From contig JAJRYE010000006.1 in assembly GCA_024275895.1 (NCBI GenBank), positions 26,139 to 90,138 of the forward strand: a stretch of 64,000 nt of DNA, read 5' to 3'. Source of the DNA: Alphaproteobacteria bacterium. GTDB taxonomy: Bacteria > Pseudomonadota > Alphaproteobacteria > Rhizobiales > BM303. This document shows positions 35,784-46,036 of this stretch, in pieces (the first letter of the stretch is position 1; every line of letters begins with the position of its first letter). Below the pieces are notes generated by a model that had not been told where the DNA came from, made no database searches, and saw nothing but the letters and a program-made list of their open reading frames with translations. The translations under genes were made by a program, and so were the position numbers.

Positions 35784-37564
35784 GCGGGCCCGCGGCTTTT
35801 CTTGGCGTTGAAAACTCCTTGAGCGGGCGCTTCTGGCAAAGCCGCATCGAGCACGATGCCCAGGCGCTGGCGATTTCCCAGAAGCTGGGCGTGGCCGATC
35901 TTGTGGGCAGGGTTCTGGCCGGGCGCGGCGTCGATGCCGATCACGCGGCTGATTTTTTAAATCCCACTTTAAGGGCCTATCTGCGCGATCCTTATGTTTT
36001 GCACGATATGGAGCGCGCCGCCAAGCGCATCGCCGATGCCATCATCAAGGGCGAGGCTATCACCATCTTTGGCGATTATGATGTCGATGGCGCAACATCC
36101 TCGGCGCTTTTGCGGCGCTTTTTTGCCCATCTTGGCGTTCAGGCGCGGGTCTATATTCCCGACAGGATGAAGGAGGGTTACGGCCCCAGTTCGCAAGCCT
36201 TCGCGCGGATTATCGATGCCGGGGCCAAACTGATCATCACCGTGGATTGCGGCACCGCTTCTTTTGAGCCTATAGTGCAGGCCGCCGAATCGGGCGTTGA
36301 TGTTGTAGTGCTCGACCATCATATTGCCGGTGAGGCGCTTCCTGAAGCCTTCGCGCTGGTCAACCCCAACCGGCAGGATGATGTCAGCGGTTTTGACCAG
36401 CTTGCCGCGGTGGGGGTCACCTTCATGCTGCTCGTCGCTCTCAACCGGCTGTTGCGTAAAAACGGGGTTTATGGTGACAAGTGCCCCGAGCCCGACCTGC
36501 TGCAATGGCTCGATCTGGTGGCTCTGGGCACGGTTTGCGATGTTGTGCCCTTAAAAGGCCTTAACCGCGCCTTTGCGGCGCAAGGTTTGAAGGTGCTGGC
36601 CAGGGGGCAAAACACCGGGCTGGCGGCGCTGGCCGAGGCGGCGCAGATCAGCGCGCCCATAGACGCCTATCATCTGGGCTTTGTGCTGGGACCGCGCATC
36701 AACGCCGCCGGGCGCATTGGCAAGGCGGGGCTTGGTTCGGAACTTTTGTCGATTGATGACGCGGTACTGGCGGCGAAGATTTCGGCGCGGCTTGACAATC
36801 TCAATGCCGAGCGCAAGCTGATTGAAGACAAGGTTGTGGAAGAGGCGCTGTTGCAGGCGGAAGATTTGCTGCAAGGCAAAACTGATCCGGATATTCTCAT
36901 CGTTGCCAAAAAAAACTGGCACCCCGGCGTGATCGGCATTGCCGCCAGCCGGTTGAAGTCGCGCTTCAACCGCCCCTCGATTGTTATCGCGCTGGATGAG
37001 GCCGGTGAGGGCAAGGGCTCGGGCCGCTCGATTGAAGGGGTTGATCTTGGCGCGGCGATCACGCAGGCGGCGGCCAGGGAGCTTATCCTCAAGGGCGGGG
37101 GTCATAAAATGGCCGGCGGCCTCAGCCTCACCGCCGGACAGATACCGGGTTTTGCCGCTTTCATGCAAGACGCCCTGGGACCTGATATCCGCACCGCCCG
37201 CACCCGCCATGTGCTCAAGCTTGACGGCGCCATAACCGCGCGCGGCGCCAATGCCGGGCTGGTCAGGGCGCTGGAAATGGCCGGGCCCTTCGGCGCGGGC
37301 AACGCCAGACCCCGTCTTGTTCTGCCCGCCCATCATGTTGCCTTTGCCGATATTGTCGGCAAGGACCATGTGCGCTGCACGTTAAAAGCCGCCGATGGCG
37401 CCCGATTGCAGGGAATCGCCTTTCGCGCCGCGGAATCGCAATGGGGCAAATACCTGCTGAACGAGCGCCAGATGCCGCTGCATATCGCCGGATCATTGAA
37501 GATCGATCACTGGCAGGGGCGCGAACAAATCAAACTTCATATCGAGGATGCCGCTCTGGCGTAA
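35780..37564 (+). CDS. recJ: Single-stranded-DNA-specific exonuclease RecJ
   Basis: DHH motifs ([24 protein letters not shown]) and DHHA1 ([10 protein letters not shown]). Start overlaps the glpX stop (ATGA). Confidence 0.93.
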   Translation: MSGPAAFLGVENSLSGRFWQSRIEHDAQALAISQKLGVADLVGRVLAGRGVDADHAADFLNPTLRAYLRDPYVLHDMERAAKRIADAIIKGEAITIFGDYDVDGATSSALLRRFFAHLGVQARVYIPDRMKEGYGPSSQAFARIIDAGAKLIITVDCGTASFEPIVQAAESGVDVVVLDHHIAGEALPEAFALVNPNRQDDVSGFDQLAAVGVTFMLLVALNRLLRKNGVYGDKCPEPDLLQWLDLVALGTVCDVVPLKGLNRAFAAQGLKVLARGQNTGLAALAEAAQISAPIDAYHLGFVLGPRINAAGRIGKAGLGSELLSIDDAVLAAKISARLDNLNAERKLIEDKVVEEALLQAEDLLQGKTDPDILIVAKKNWHPGVIGIAASRLKSRFNRPSIVIALDEAGEGKGSGRSIEGVDLGAAITQAAARELILKGGGHKMAGGLSLTAGQIPGFAAFMQDALGPDIRTARTRHVLKLDGAITARGANAGLVRALEMAGPFGAGNARPRLVLPAHHVAFADIVGKDHVRCTLKAADGARLQGIAFRAAESQWGKYLLNERQMPLHIAGSLKIDHWQGREQIKLHIEDAALA

Positions 37565-37630
37565 ATCTTCATTTCGCCCTCTTGCATTGGCGTTCTTATC
37601 GCCTTATAAGCGGCCCAGACCAAATCTCGT

Positions 37631-37705
37631 GGTCCCTTCGTCTATCGGTTAGGACGCCAGGTTTTCAACCTGGAAAGAGGGGTTCGATTCCCCTAGGGAC
37701 TACCA
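37631..37705 (+). tRNA. tRNA-Glu (anticodon UUC)
   Basis: 75-nt cloverleaf folded by hand: acceptor GGTCCCT/AGGGACT (G1-U72), anticodon arm CCAGG-TTTTCAA-CCTGG, T arm AGGGG-TTCGATT-CCCCT, encoded ACCA end. Confidence 0.9.
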
Positions 37706-37896
37706 TTTTCCTTCCATCGCTGCATGCAAGAAGCCGCCGGCCGGGTTTTATCGGTGCGGCGCGGTTTTTTCTGTCCATGTTTCTCTGGCGGGTGCGACAT
37801 TCCGCCATGTATTTACGCTTGCAAAAACTACGTAAATATACGTATATTGCATCTACAAAAAACGCTGTCCAACATGTAGCTGTAAGGTGGGGAAAC

Positions 37897-39111
37897 ATGC
37901 CTGATTATGATGCCGTTCTTGAATCTGCTCTGGATACAATCAAAACGGAAGGCCGGTACCGGGTTTTTGCCGATATCCGCCGCAAGCGGGGCGAGTTTCC
38001 AAGGGCGACCTATTACGGCGGCGATGAGCCGCGCGAAATCACCGTCTGGTGCTCCAATGACTATCTCGCCATGGGGCAGCACCCCGATGTGCTGAAAGCC
38101 ATGCACGAGGCGATAGACACAACCGGTTCAGGCTCGGGCGGCACCCGAAATATTGCCGGTACAACCCATTATCATGTCCAGCTTGAGAAGGAGTTGGCCG
38201 ATCTGCACGCCAAGGAGGCGGCCTTGCTGTTTACCTCGGGCTATATCGCCAATGACGCCACCTTGAGCACCATGGCCAAGCTGTTCCCTGACTGTATCAT
38301 TCTCTCCGACGCCAAAAACCACGCCTCGATGATCGAGGGCATTCGCCGCGGCCGCGGGCCAAAGCGCATCTGGCGTCATAATGATCTTGAAGACCTTGAG
38401 CGCCAGTTGCAGGAAATCGATCCGGATCATCCCAAGATTATTGCCTTTGAGTCGGTATATTCCATGGACGGTGATATTGCCCCCATCGCCAGAATTTGCG
38501 ATCTGGCGGACAAGTACAATGCCCTGACCTATCTTGATGAAGTCCACGCGGTTGGCCTTTACGGTAACAGGGGCGGCGGTATTGCCGACCGCGACGGTGT
38601 TCTGGACCGGGTGGATATCATTGAAGGCACCCTTGCCAAGGGGTTTGGCATGATGGGTGGATATATTGCTGCCTCGAAAGCCATGGTGGACGCGGTGCGT
38701 TCCTATGCGCCGGGCTTCATCTTCACCACCTCGATTGCCCCGGCCATTGTCGCGGGCGCCCTGGCCAGCGTGCGGCACCTCAAAAAGAGCCATTTGGAGC
38801 GCGAGGCGCATCAGGAACGCGCCGCCGAGCTGAAAAGACGCCTCAGGGAAGCCAGTCTGCCGGTTATGGACAGCCCGTCCCATGTGGTGCCGGTCATGAT
38901 CGGTGATCCGGTGCTGTGCAAGCAACTGACCGATGCCCTGATGGATGAGTATGACATTTACGTCCAGCCCATCAATTATCCCACCGTCGCCAAGGGCACC
39001 GAGCGTATCCGCCTGACCCCGGGGCCGAAGCATTCGGACGCCGATATGGATCATCTGATCACGGCGCTTGATGCGCTGTGGCGCGCCCTTGCCCTTGAGC
39101 GCGCCGCGTGA
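37897..39111 (+). CDS. hemA: 5-aminolevulinate synthase
   Basis: [73 protein letters not shown]. The ORF-track start 37441 runs through tRNA-Glu and is rejected. Confidence 0.93.
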   Translation: MPDYDAVLESALDTIKTEGRYRVFADIRRKRGEFPRATYYGGDEPREITVWCSNDYLAMGQHPDVLKAMHEAIDTTGSGSGGTRNIAGTTHYHVQLEKELADLHAKEAALLFTSGYIANDATLSTMAKLFPDCIILSDAKNHASMIEGIRRGRGPKRIWRHNDLEDLERQLQEIDPDHPKIIAFESVYSMDGDIAPIARICDLADKYNALTYLDEVHAVGLYGNRGGGIADRDGVLDRVDIIEGTLAKGFGMMGGYIAASKAMVDAVRSYAPGFIFTTSIAPAIVAGALASVRHLKKSHLEREAHQERAAELKRRLREASLPVMDSPSHVVPVMIGDPVLCKQLTDALMDEYDIYVQPINYPTVAKGTERIRLTPGPKHSDADMDHLITALDALWRALALERAA

Positions 39112-39311
39112 GCAAGGACGGGCCGCACGAAGGCGAGGTTTATCTGGAATTTATTCCCCTTGGCAATATGGTCAAGGTGAACGCGGTTGACGCGCGCACC
39201 GGCGAGGAGGTCTCCATCGCCGGTCCCCGCGATGCGCCGCGCACCGAGCTTGAACGCACCGCACTGGCCAAACTGCGCTATGTCCAGAACAAGAAGAAAT
39301 CTTCCCGGTGA
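39108..39311 (+). CDS. Small conserved hypothetical protein translationally coupled to hemA (DUF6898-like, from memory)
   Basis: 67 aa. The GTG start overlaps the hemA stop (GTGA). Sequence [50 protein letters not shown]. Confidence 0.55.
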   Translation: MSKDGPHEGEVYLEFIPLGNMVKVNAVDARTGEEVSIAGPRDAPRTELERTALAKLRYVQNKKKSSR

Positions 39312-39428
39312 TCTTCTTGGCCTTTTCTGTCTTCTTGTGTTAAGCAACCAGCATTCGGTCGGATTCATCATTCCTGCAAGCGCGGCAATGATGACGAGAA
39401 TGGTTTTAAAATATAAGAGTGTGATAGG

Positions 39429-40733
39429 ATGACCAGCCAAAGAAATACACCAGCGCTGTATCCAGAGTTTTTCACGGCTACGCTCAGGCAAGCCGATCCG
39501 GCGGTTGCCGATGCAATTACCGCCGAGCTTGGCCGCCAGCGCGACGAGATCGAGCTGATCGCGTCGGAGAATATTGTCTCGCGCGCCGTTCTGGAGGCGC
39601 AGGGCTCGATCATGACCAATAAATACGCCGAAGGCTATCCCGGGCGGCGCTATTACGGCGGCTGTCAATATGTTGATGTGGCCGAAAATCTGGCGATCGA
39701 GCGCGCCAAACAGCTTTTTGGCTGCGGTTTTGCCAATGTTCAGCCCAATTCCGGCTCCCAGGCCAATCAGGGCGCATTCATGGCGCTGATCAAGCCGGGC
39801 GATACCATTTTGGGCCTCAAACTGGCCGCTGGCGGGCATTTGACCCATGGTGCGCCGCCGAACCAGTCCGGCAAATGGTTTCATGCCGTGCAATACGGGG
39901 TGCGTCGCGAAGATGCGCAGATTGATTTTGACGAGGTTGAAAAACTGGCCCGCGAGCACAAACCGGCGCTGATTGTTGCGGGCGGTTCGGCCTATCCGCG
40001 CATTATTGATTTTGCCCGCTTCCGGGAAATCGCTGATGAGGTGGGGGCAAAGCTGATGGTGGATATGGCGCATTTTGCCGGGCTTGTGGCCGGCGGCGTT
40101 CACCCCGGCCCGTTTCCCCATGCCCATATCGTCACCACCACGACCCATAAAACCCTGCGCGGTCCGCGCGGCGGCATGATCCTCACCAATGACGCGCAGA
40201 TCGCCAAAAAGGTCAATTCGGCGATCTTTCCCGGCATTCAGGGCGGCCCGCTGATGCATGTCATCGCGGCCAAAGCGGTGGCCTTTGGCGAGGCTTTGCT
40301 GCCTGAATTTAAAATTTACGCCCAAAATGTCGCCGATAACGCCAAAACCCTCGCTTCCACCTTGCGTGATGGCGGGCTCGATATCGTCTCGGACGGCACC
40401 GACACCCATCTCATGCTGGTCGATTTGCGCCCCAAGGGCCTCACCGGAAATATCAGCGAGGCGGCCATGGAACGGGCTCATATCACCTGCAATAAAAACG
40501 GCGTGCCGTTTGACCCGGAAAAACCAATGGTGACGTCCGGCGTTCGTCTTGGCACCCCGGCCGGGACAACCCGCGGTTTTGGCGCGCCGGAATTTAGACA
40601 GATCGGCGAGTTGATTTTACAGGTGCTCGATGGCCTGGCGGCAAATGGCGCGGAAGGGAATGCAGGCGTTGAGGCCGGGGTTAAGGAACAGGTGCTTGGC
40701 CTTTGCCGCCGCTTCCCGGTTTATGGAGCTTGA
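39429..40733 (+). CDS. glyA: Serine hydroxymethyltransferase
   Basis: [38 protein letters not shown], and [15 protein letters not shown] containing the PLP lysine. Confidence 0.96.
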   Translation: MTSQRNTPALYPEFFTATLRQADPAVADAITAELGRQRDEIELIASENIVSRAVLEAQGSIMTNKYAEGYPGRRYYGGCQYVDVAENLAIERAKQLFGCGFANVQPNSGSQANQGAFMALIKPGDTILGLKLAAGGHLTHGAPPNQSGKWFHAVQYGVRREDAQIDFDEVEKLAREHKPALIVAGGSAYPRIIDFARFREIADEVGAKLMVDMAHFAGLVAGGVHPGPFPHAHIVTTTTHKTLRGPRGGMILTNDAQIAKKVNSAIFPGIQGGPLMHVIAAKAVAFGEALLPEFKIYAQNVADNAKTLASTLRDGGLDIVSDGTDTHLMLVDLRPKGLTGNISEAAMERAHITCNKNGVPFDPEKPMVTSGVRLGTPAGTTRGFGAPEFRQIGELILQVLDGLAANGAEGNAGVEAGVKEQVLGLCRRFPVYGA

Positions 40734-40743
40734 GGGATAAAAC

Positions 40744-41199
40744 ATGCGCTGCCCCTATTGCAGTAACAACGATACCCAGGTGAAGGATTCGCGTCCCGCC
40801 GAGGACAATACCGCCATCCGCCGCCGCCGCTATTGTCCGGCCTGCGCCGGACGCTTTACTACTTATGAGCGCATCCAGCTGCGTGAGTTGACCATTCTCA
40901 AGCGCTCGGGCCGCCGGGTGCCGTTTGACCGCGACAAGCTCATGCGCTCGGTTCAGGTGGCGCTGCGCAAGCGCCCGGTTGAGCCCGAACGGGTTGAACG
41001 CATGATCAACGGCATTGTCCGGCGGCTTGAGAATCAGGGCGAAAACGAGATTCAGGCCCAGAGCGTCGGCCATCTCGTCATGGAAGGCCTAAGGGCGCTG
41101 GATGATGTCGCCTATGTCCGCTTTGCCTCCGTTTACCGCAATTTCCGTGAAGCCAAGGATTTTGAAAACCTCATCGACGAGTTGAGCGGAGAGGATTAA
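40744..41199 (+). CDS. nrdR: Transcriptional repressor NrdR
   Basis: [18 protein letters not shown]...[17 protein letters not shown] zinc ribbon plus an ATP-cone. Confidence 0.95.
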   Translation: MRCPYCSNNDTQVKDSRPAEDNTAIRRRRYCPACAGRFTTYERIQLRELTILKRSGRRVPFDRDKLMRSVQVALRKRPVEPERVERMINGIVRRLENQGENEIQAQSVGHLVMEGLRALDDVAYVRFASVYRNFREAKDFENLIDELSGED

Positions 41200-42314
41200 T
41201 GGATGCAAATGATGATGCCGCATTCATGCAGATCGCGCTTCAGCTTGGTCGCAGGGGAGCGGGCAACACCTGGCCCAACCCCAATGTCGGCTGTGTCATC
41301 GTTGCAAATTCACCTTTTGGGCCGCTGATCGCCGGGCGCGGCTGGACGGCAAGAGGCGGGCGGCCCCATGCCGAAACGCGCGCGCTGGAAAAGGCAGGCG
41401 AAGCGGCGAGGGGGGCAACGCTCTATGTCACCCTTGAGCCCTGTTCGCATTTCGGCCAGACTCCGCCTTGCTCATCGGCCATTATCAAGGCGGGCGTCAA
41501 ACGCGTTGTCTGCGCTCTTGAGGACCCGGATAAACGGGTGGCGGGCAGGGGGATCGCGCAGCTTCGCGGCGCCGGCATTGAAGTGGAGCTTGGCGTTGGC
41601 GCCAGGACGGCGCGGCGCGATCTGGGCGGGCATTTAAGCCGCGTAACCAGGCACATGCCGCATGTGCGGCTGAAACTCGCCATATCAAAAAACCGTAAAA
41701 TTGCCGGAAGGGGCGGTGAGCAAATCCGGATTACGGGCAAGGAATCCCTTGCTCTTGTGCACGCCATGCGCGCCCGCCATGATGCCATTATGGTCGGGGC
41801 CGGGACCGTGCGGGCGGATGACCCGGAACTGACCTGCCGTCTTCCGGGGCTGGAGAAAGACCAGCCCGTGCGCGTCATCGTGGATACGGCGCTTTCCCTG
41901 AAGAGCTGCTCAAAGCTGTGCCAAAGCGCAAAAGCAGTACCGGTCTGGGTGCTGACGGGGGAAGGTTTTTCGCAGGTCCGCGCCGCTCGGTTGCAAAAAT
42001 GCGGTGTTGAAATCCTCCCCTGTCCCCTGACCAAAGAGGGCCGGGTGAATTTGCAAAGCGGTCTGGAAAAACTGGCCGAAAAAGGCATTACCAGCCTTTT
42101 TGTGGAAGGCGGCGCAAGGCTTGCCGCCTCGCTTTTGCAGGCCGGGCTGGTGGATGAGGCCGATTTTTTCTTCTCCGAAGTTGAAATCGATGAAGACGGG
42201 ATCGATGCGCTCTGCAGCATGGAGCTTGAGTCTGTTATCAACTCACCGGAATTTACCCGCTTGTCAACCCGCTCTGTTGGCGCTGACATGTTGCACAGCT
42301 ATATCAGAAACTGA
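41199..42314 (+). CDS. ribD: Bifunctional riboflavin deaminase/reductase
   Basis: PNPNVGCVIV, HAETRAL, TLEPCSHFGQTPPC deaminase motifs, and a C-terminal reductase domain (LKLAIS..., LFVEGGARLAASLL). Confidence 0.93.
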   Translation: MDANDDAAFMQIALQLGRRGAGNTWPNPNVGCVIVANSPFGPLIAGRGWTARGGRPHAETRALEKAGEAARGATLYVTLEPCSHFGQTPPCSSAIIKAGVKRVVCALEDPDKRVAGRGIAQLRGAGIEVELGVGARTARRDLGGHLSRVTRHMPHVRLKLAISKNRKIAGRGGEQIRITGKESLALVHAMRARHDAIMVGAGTVRADDPELTCRLPGLEKDQPVRVIVDTALSLKSCSKLCQSAKAVPVWVLTGEGFSQVRAARLQKCGVEILPCPLTKEGRVNLQSGLEKLAEKGITSLFVEGGARLAASLLQAGLVDEADFFFSEVEIDEDGIDALCSMELESVINSPEFTRLSTRSVGADMLHSYIRN

Positions 42315-42348
42315 AGAATTGGGTTCAGAACCAAAAGGAATTAGCGCC

Positions 42349-42957
42349 ATGTTTACAGGCATTATCTCGGATATTGGCGAGGTTATCAAACGCGAGGAGC
42401 GCGGCGATACCCGCTTTGTCATTGCGTGTCACTATGACGCCGGCAGTATTGATATCGGTGCCTCCATCTGTTGCTCCGGCGCTTGTCTGACAGTGATTGA
42501 AAAGGGGCGTGAAGGCGGGCGCACATGGTTTGCAATTGACGCCTCGGCCGAAACCCTGGACAAGACCACTCTGGGCGACTGGAGCAAAGGCACGCGGGTA
42601 AATCTGGAGCGTTCGCTAAAAATTGGCGATGAGCTTGGCGGTCATATCGTGACCGGCCATGTCGATGCGGTGGGCGAGGTGATCAGCCGCACGGCGGAGG
42701 GCGATTCCTCACGCTTTGTCTTTGAAGCACCCGAAACCATATCGCATTTTATAGCGCAAAAGGGCTCCATTACCCTGAACGGTACCTCGCTGACCGTGAA
42801 CGAGGTTGAGGGGAACAGCTTCGGCGTAAACCTCATTCCCCATACGCTGGAAGTCACCACCTGGGGCAAAACCCGGCCTGGCGAGCGGATTAATATGGAA
42901 ATTGATATTCTGGCGCGCTATGTAGCACGCATGGTTGAAACCGGATTTGTCAAATAA
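42349..42957 (+). CDS. ribE: Riboflavin synthase
   Basis: MFTGIISDIGEV..., GASICCSGACLTV, and a duplicated barrel (GHIVTGHVD, SITLNGTSLTVNEV, VNLIPHTL). ATG 42349 is preferred to 42100. Confidence 0.93.
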   Translation: MFTGIISDIGEVIKREERGDTRFVIACHYDAGSIDIGASICCSGACLTVIEKGREGGRTWFAIDASAETLDKTTLGDWSKGTRVNLERSLKIGDELGGHIVTGHVDAVGEVISRTAEGDSSRFVFEAPETISHFIAQKGSITLNGTSLTVNEVEGNSFGVNLIPHTLEVTTWGKTRPGERINMEIDILARYVARMVETGFVK

Positions 42958-42987
42958 ACCTGTTCGCGCCACGAGAAAGTACAAAAA

Positions 42988-44115
42988 ATGACCGAGACCG
43001 AATACGGAAAACACCTCTCCTCCATTGAAGAGGTGATCGAGGACGCCCGCAACGGGCGGATGTTTATTCTGGTGGATGATGAAGACCGCGAAAATGAGGG
43101 CGACCTGATTGTTCCGGCCCAGATGGCAACCCCCGATGCGATCAATTTCATGGCTCGCCACGGGCGCGGCCTGATCTGCATGCCAATCACCGCCGAGCGC
43201 GGCAAGGAACTCAAGCTTGATATGATGGCGCGCAGCAACGAGATGCGCCACGGCACCGCCTTTACCGTCTCCATTGAAGCCAAAGAGGGTATCTCCACCG
43301 GCATCTCCGCCCATGACCGGGCCAGAACCGTTGCAGTGGCCGCCGATCCGGCCCGGGGCGCGGCGGATATTGTCTCGCCGGGGCATGTCTTTCCGCTCAT
43401 TGCCCGCGAAGGCGGGGTACTGATGCGCGCCGGGCATACCGAGGCGGCGGTTGATATCGCCCGTCTGGCCGGATTGCAGCCCTCGGGCGTGATTTGCGAG
43501 ATCATGAAGGATGACGGCACCATGGCGCGCCTGCCCGATCTCGTTGAGTTTGCCAAAACGCACAATCTCACACTCGCCACCATAGCTGATCTGATTGCCT
43601 ACCGCCGCCGCAATGACCGGATTTTCGAGCGCAAGCTGGAGCGCCAGGTCGATACGGTCCATGGCGGCCCCTTTAACCTGTCACTTTATGTCAATACGCT
43701 GGACCAGTCCGAACATCTGGCTCTTGTCAAGGGCGATGTGACAACCGGCGGGCCGGTTCCGGTGCGGGTTCATGTGGTCAATATTCTGGATGATATTCTC
43801 GGGCTCGATGCGGACAAGGCTTCGCTGGTGCCCGGTTCCATGGCGATGATCGCCGAAGAGGGCCGCGGCGTGGTGGTGCTGATCCGTGATACACGCCCGG
43901 CCTGTCTTTCAAGGGCGCTGGGTGAGGAAAAAAGAGATGACAACCAGACCGAGGAGCGTCTGCTGGAAATCGGCGCCGGCTCGCATATTCTGCGCGATCT
44001 GGGGGTGAAGGATTTTATCCTGCTCTCCAATACCGAGCAGCCCAAGATTGTCGGCCTTGAGGGCTTTGGTCTGCGCATCGTCGGCCAGCGTCCTGTAAAA
44101 GAAGGTAAGAAATGA
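42988..44115 (+). CDS. ribB: 3,4-dihydroxy-2-butanone-4-phosphate synthase fused to a degenerate GTP-cyclohydrolase-II-like domain (RibBX type)
   Basis: RibB half is intact ([39 protein letters not shown]). The C-terminal RibA-like half reads [15 protein letters not shown] where active enzymes have the Zn-binding Cys cluster. Confidence 0.85.
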   Translation: MTETEYGKHLSSIEEVIEDARNGRMFILVDDEDRENEGDLIVPAQMATPDAINFMARHGRGLICMPITAERGKELKLDMMARSNEMRHGTAFTVSIEAKEGISTGISAHDRARTVAVAADPARGAADIVSPGHVFPLIAREGGVLMRAGHTEAAVDIARLAGLQPSGVICEIMKDDGTMARLPDLVEFAKTHNLTLATIADLIAYRRRNDRIFERKLERQVDTVHGGPFNLSLYVNTLDQSEHLALVKGDVTTGGPVPVRVHVVNILDDILGLDADKASLVPGSMAMIAEEGRGVVVLIRDTRPACLSRALGEEKRDDNQTEERLLEIGAGSHILRDLGVKDFILLSNTEQPKIVGLEGFGLRIVGQRPVKEGKK

Positions 44116-44555
44116 GCCAAAAATCACCGCATATCCTTGTTGTTGAGGCCCGGTTTTATGATGAACTGGCCGATGAGCTGGCGCGCGGCGCGGTTGGCGA
44201 GCTTGAAAGGCGCGGCGCGAGTTATGACCGCGTCAGCGTACCCGGTGTGCTGGAAATTCCTGCTGCTGTCGCCATGGCGCTGGATTCTGAAGTTGAATAT
44301 GACGGCTTCGTTACGCTGGGCGTGGTTATTCGTGGCAAGACCACCCATTATGATATCGTTGCGGGCGAATCTGCCCGGGCGCTGATGGATTTGTCGGTTA
44401 TTCACGTGCTGGCGCTGGGCAACGGCATCCAGACGGTTGAAAACGCCGATCAGGCCTGGGCACGGGCCAGGGTTGATGAGAAAAACAAGGGCGGCGGGGC
44501 CGCGGCTGCATGTCTGGACATGATTGCCCTGCGCGCCTCTCTGGCAGACCGGTAA
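44112..44555 (+). CDS. ribH: 6,7-dimethyl-8-ribityllumazine synthase
   Basis: [39 protein letters not shown], and a lumazine synthase fold length of 147 aa. Confidence 0.9.
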   Translation: MSQKSPHILVVEARFYDELADELARGAVGELERRGASYDRVSVPGVLEIPAAVAMALDSEVEYDGFVTLGVVIRGKTTHYDIVAGESARALMDLSVIHVLALGNGIQTVENADQAWARARVDEKNKGGGAAAACLDMIALRASLADR

Positions 44556-45025
44556 TGGCGGATAAACAGGTAAAGGCGCGCAGTTCGGCGCGGCTGGCGG
44601 CGGTTCAGGCGCTCTATCAGATGGAACTGGCCGGAGCCGATGTCAATGAGGTGATTGCCGAGTTTGGCAGCGCCCGCCTGCAGGAAAATGATGAACCCCC
44701 GGTGGCGTTTGATGTTGATTTTTTCCGCAACCTCGTAACCGGCATTGTGAAGCAGCAAAAAAAGATCGATCCGCTCATTCATGAGGCCCTGCGCGATGAC
44801 TGGCCGCTCTCGCGCCTCGACAGCACCTTGCGCGCCATATTGCGGGCCGGGGCCTATGAGTTGATCTACCGGCGCGATGTGCCCTTCAAGGCGGTCATTA
44901 ATGAGTATATGGATATCGCCCACGCCTTCTTCAATGGCGGCGAACCGGCCATGGTGAACGGTGTGCTGGACTATATGGCGAAGACTTCCGGAAAGAAGCC
45001 CACAGCAGACAAAGAAGCATCATGA
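44555..45025 (+). CDS. nusB: Transcription antitermination factor NusB
   Basis: ARSSARLAAVQALYQMEL, RLDSTLRAILRAGAYEL, VINEYMDIAHAF. The ATG overlaps the ribH stop (TAATG). Confidence 0.9.
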   Translation: MADKQVKARSSARLAAVQALYQMELAGADVNEVIAEFGSARLQENDEPPVAFDVDFFRNLVTGIVKQQKKIDPLIHEALRDDWPLSRLDSTLRAILRAGAYELIYRRDVPFKAVINEYMDIAHAFFNGGEPAMVNGVLDYMAKTSGKKPTADKEAS

Positions 45026-45044
45026 ATGACGCGGTGAACCTCGA

Positions 45045-46019
45045 GTGGCCAAATTCAGCGAACGTTCTTTAATCGAAACAATTCTTGCCCCCCTGAGCCG
45101 GAACTGCCCCGGCGCTTTCGGGCTGGGCGATGATGCGGCGCTGATCTCGCCGCGGTCCGGATATGAGTTGGTGATCACCAAGGACGCGCTGGTGGCGGGG
45201 GTGCATTTTTTCCCCGATGACAAACCCGAACTGGTTGCCGCCAAGGCGCTGCGGGTGAATCTGTCGGATTTATACGCCAAGGGCGCCGAGCCCACATGTT
45301 ATCTGCTCTCCTTGTTTCTCCCGGCAATCATGAGCGAAGACTGGCTTAGGGCCTTTGCCGATGGTCTGGAGGCGGAGCAGGAAAAATACTCAATCTGCCT
45401 GCTTGGCGGCGATACCGTGCGCACGCCGGGACCGTTCAGCCTCAGCGTCACCATGACGGGCGAGATGCCAGAGGGCAAGATGGTACACCGTAGCGGCGCG
45501 CGGCCGGGGGATCATATCTTTGTCTCCGGCCCCATCGGTGATGCGGCGCTCGGGCTTCGGGTCATCAGGGGGGAACTGAAAGTCACCGAAAAAAAGGACG
45601 CTGATTATCTGAAGCGCAACTATCTGCTTCCTGATCCCGACCCGGAGTTGATAACATCGGTGCGCGATTTTGCCAGTGCTGCTATGGATATCTCCGATGG
45701 TCTGGCGGGCGATCTGACATTGCTGTGCGCCGCCTCAAGGGTAACCGCGCAGATAGAAGTGGACGCCATTCCGCTCTCCTCTGCGGTGCGCCATGTGGTG
45801 GAAAACCGGCCCGAACGGATCACTGCAATTTTGACCGGCGGTGATGATTATAAAATCCTTTGCACAATTGCGCCGCATCATGCCGATGCCTTTATCGCGA
45901 GTTGCGGCGGCAAAATGTTCAGAATCGGCAAGATTGAAGCCGGGCAATCATCAGTAAAATTCATTGGCCGGGACGGGCAAAACCTGTCATTAAACGCGCT
46001 CTCCTATCGTCATTTTTAA
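45045..46019 (+). CDS. thiL: Thiamine-monophosphate kinase
   Basis: GTG start. GLGDDAALI, TKDALVAGVHF, ALRVNLSDLYAKGAEP, LLGGDT, SDGLAGDL, ILTGGDDYKIL. Confidence 0.9.
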   Translation: MAKFSERSLIETILAPLSRNCPGAFGLGDDAALISPRSGYELVITKDALVAGVHFFPDDKPELVAAKALRVNLSDLYAKGAEPTCYLLSLFLPAIMSEDWLRAFADGLEAEQEKYSICLLGGDTVRTPGPFSLSVTMTGEMPEGKMVHRSGARPGDHIFVSGPIGDAALGLRVIRGELKVTEKKDADYLKRNYLLPDPDPELITSVRDFASAAMDISDGLAGDLTLLCAASRVTAQIEVDAIPLSSAVRHVVENRPERITAILTGGDDYKILCTIAPHHADAFIASCGGKMFRIGKIEAGQSSVKFIGRDGQNLSLNALSYRHF

Positions 46020-46036
46020 ATTTTCGAGAATGCAAT

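Noticed and set aside
37441-37896. N-terminal 152-codon extension of the hemA ORF in the ORF track
   Set aside because: The extension runs straight through the tRNA-Glu gene (37631-37705) and the recJ 3' end. The ALAS homology begins at MPDYDAV (ATG 37897), which has an upstream GGTGGGGA RBS.
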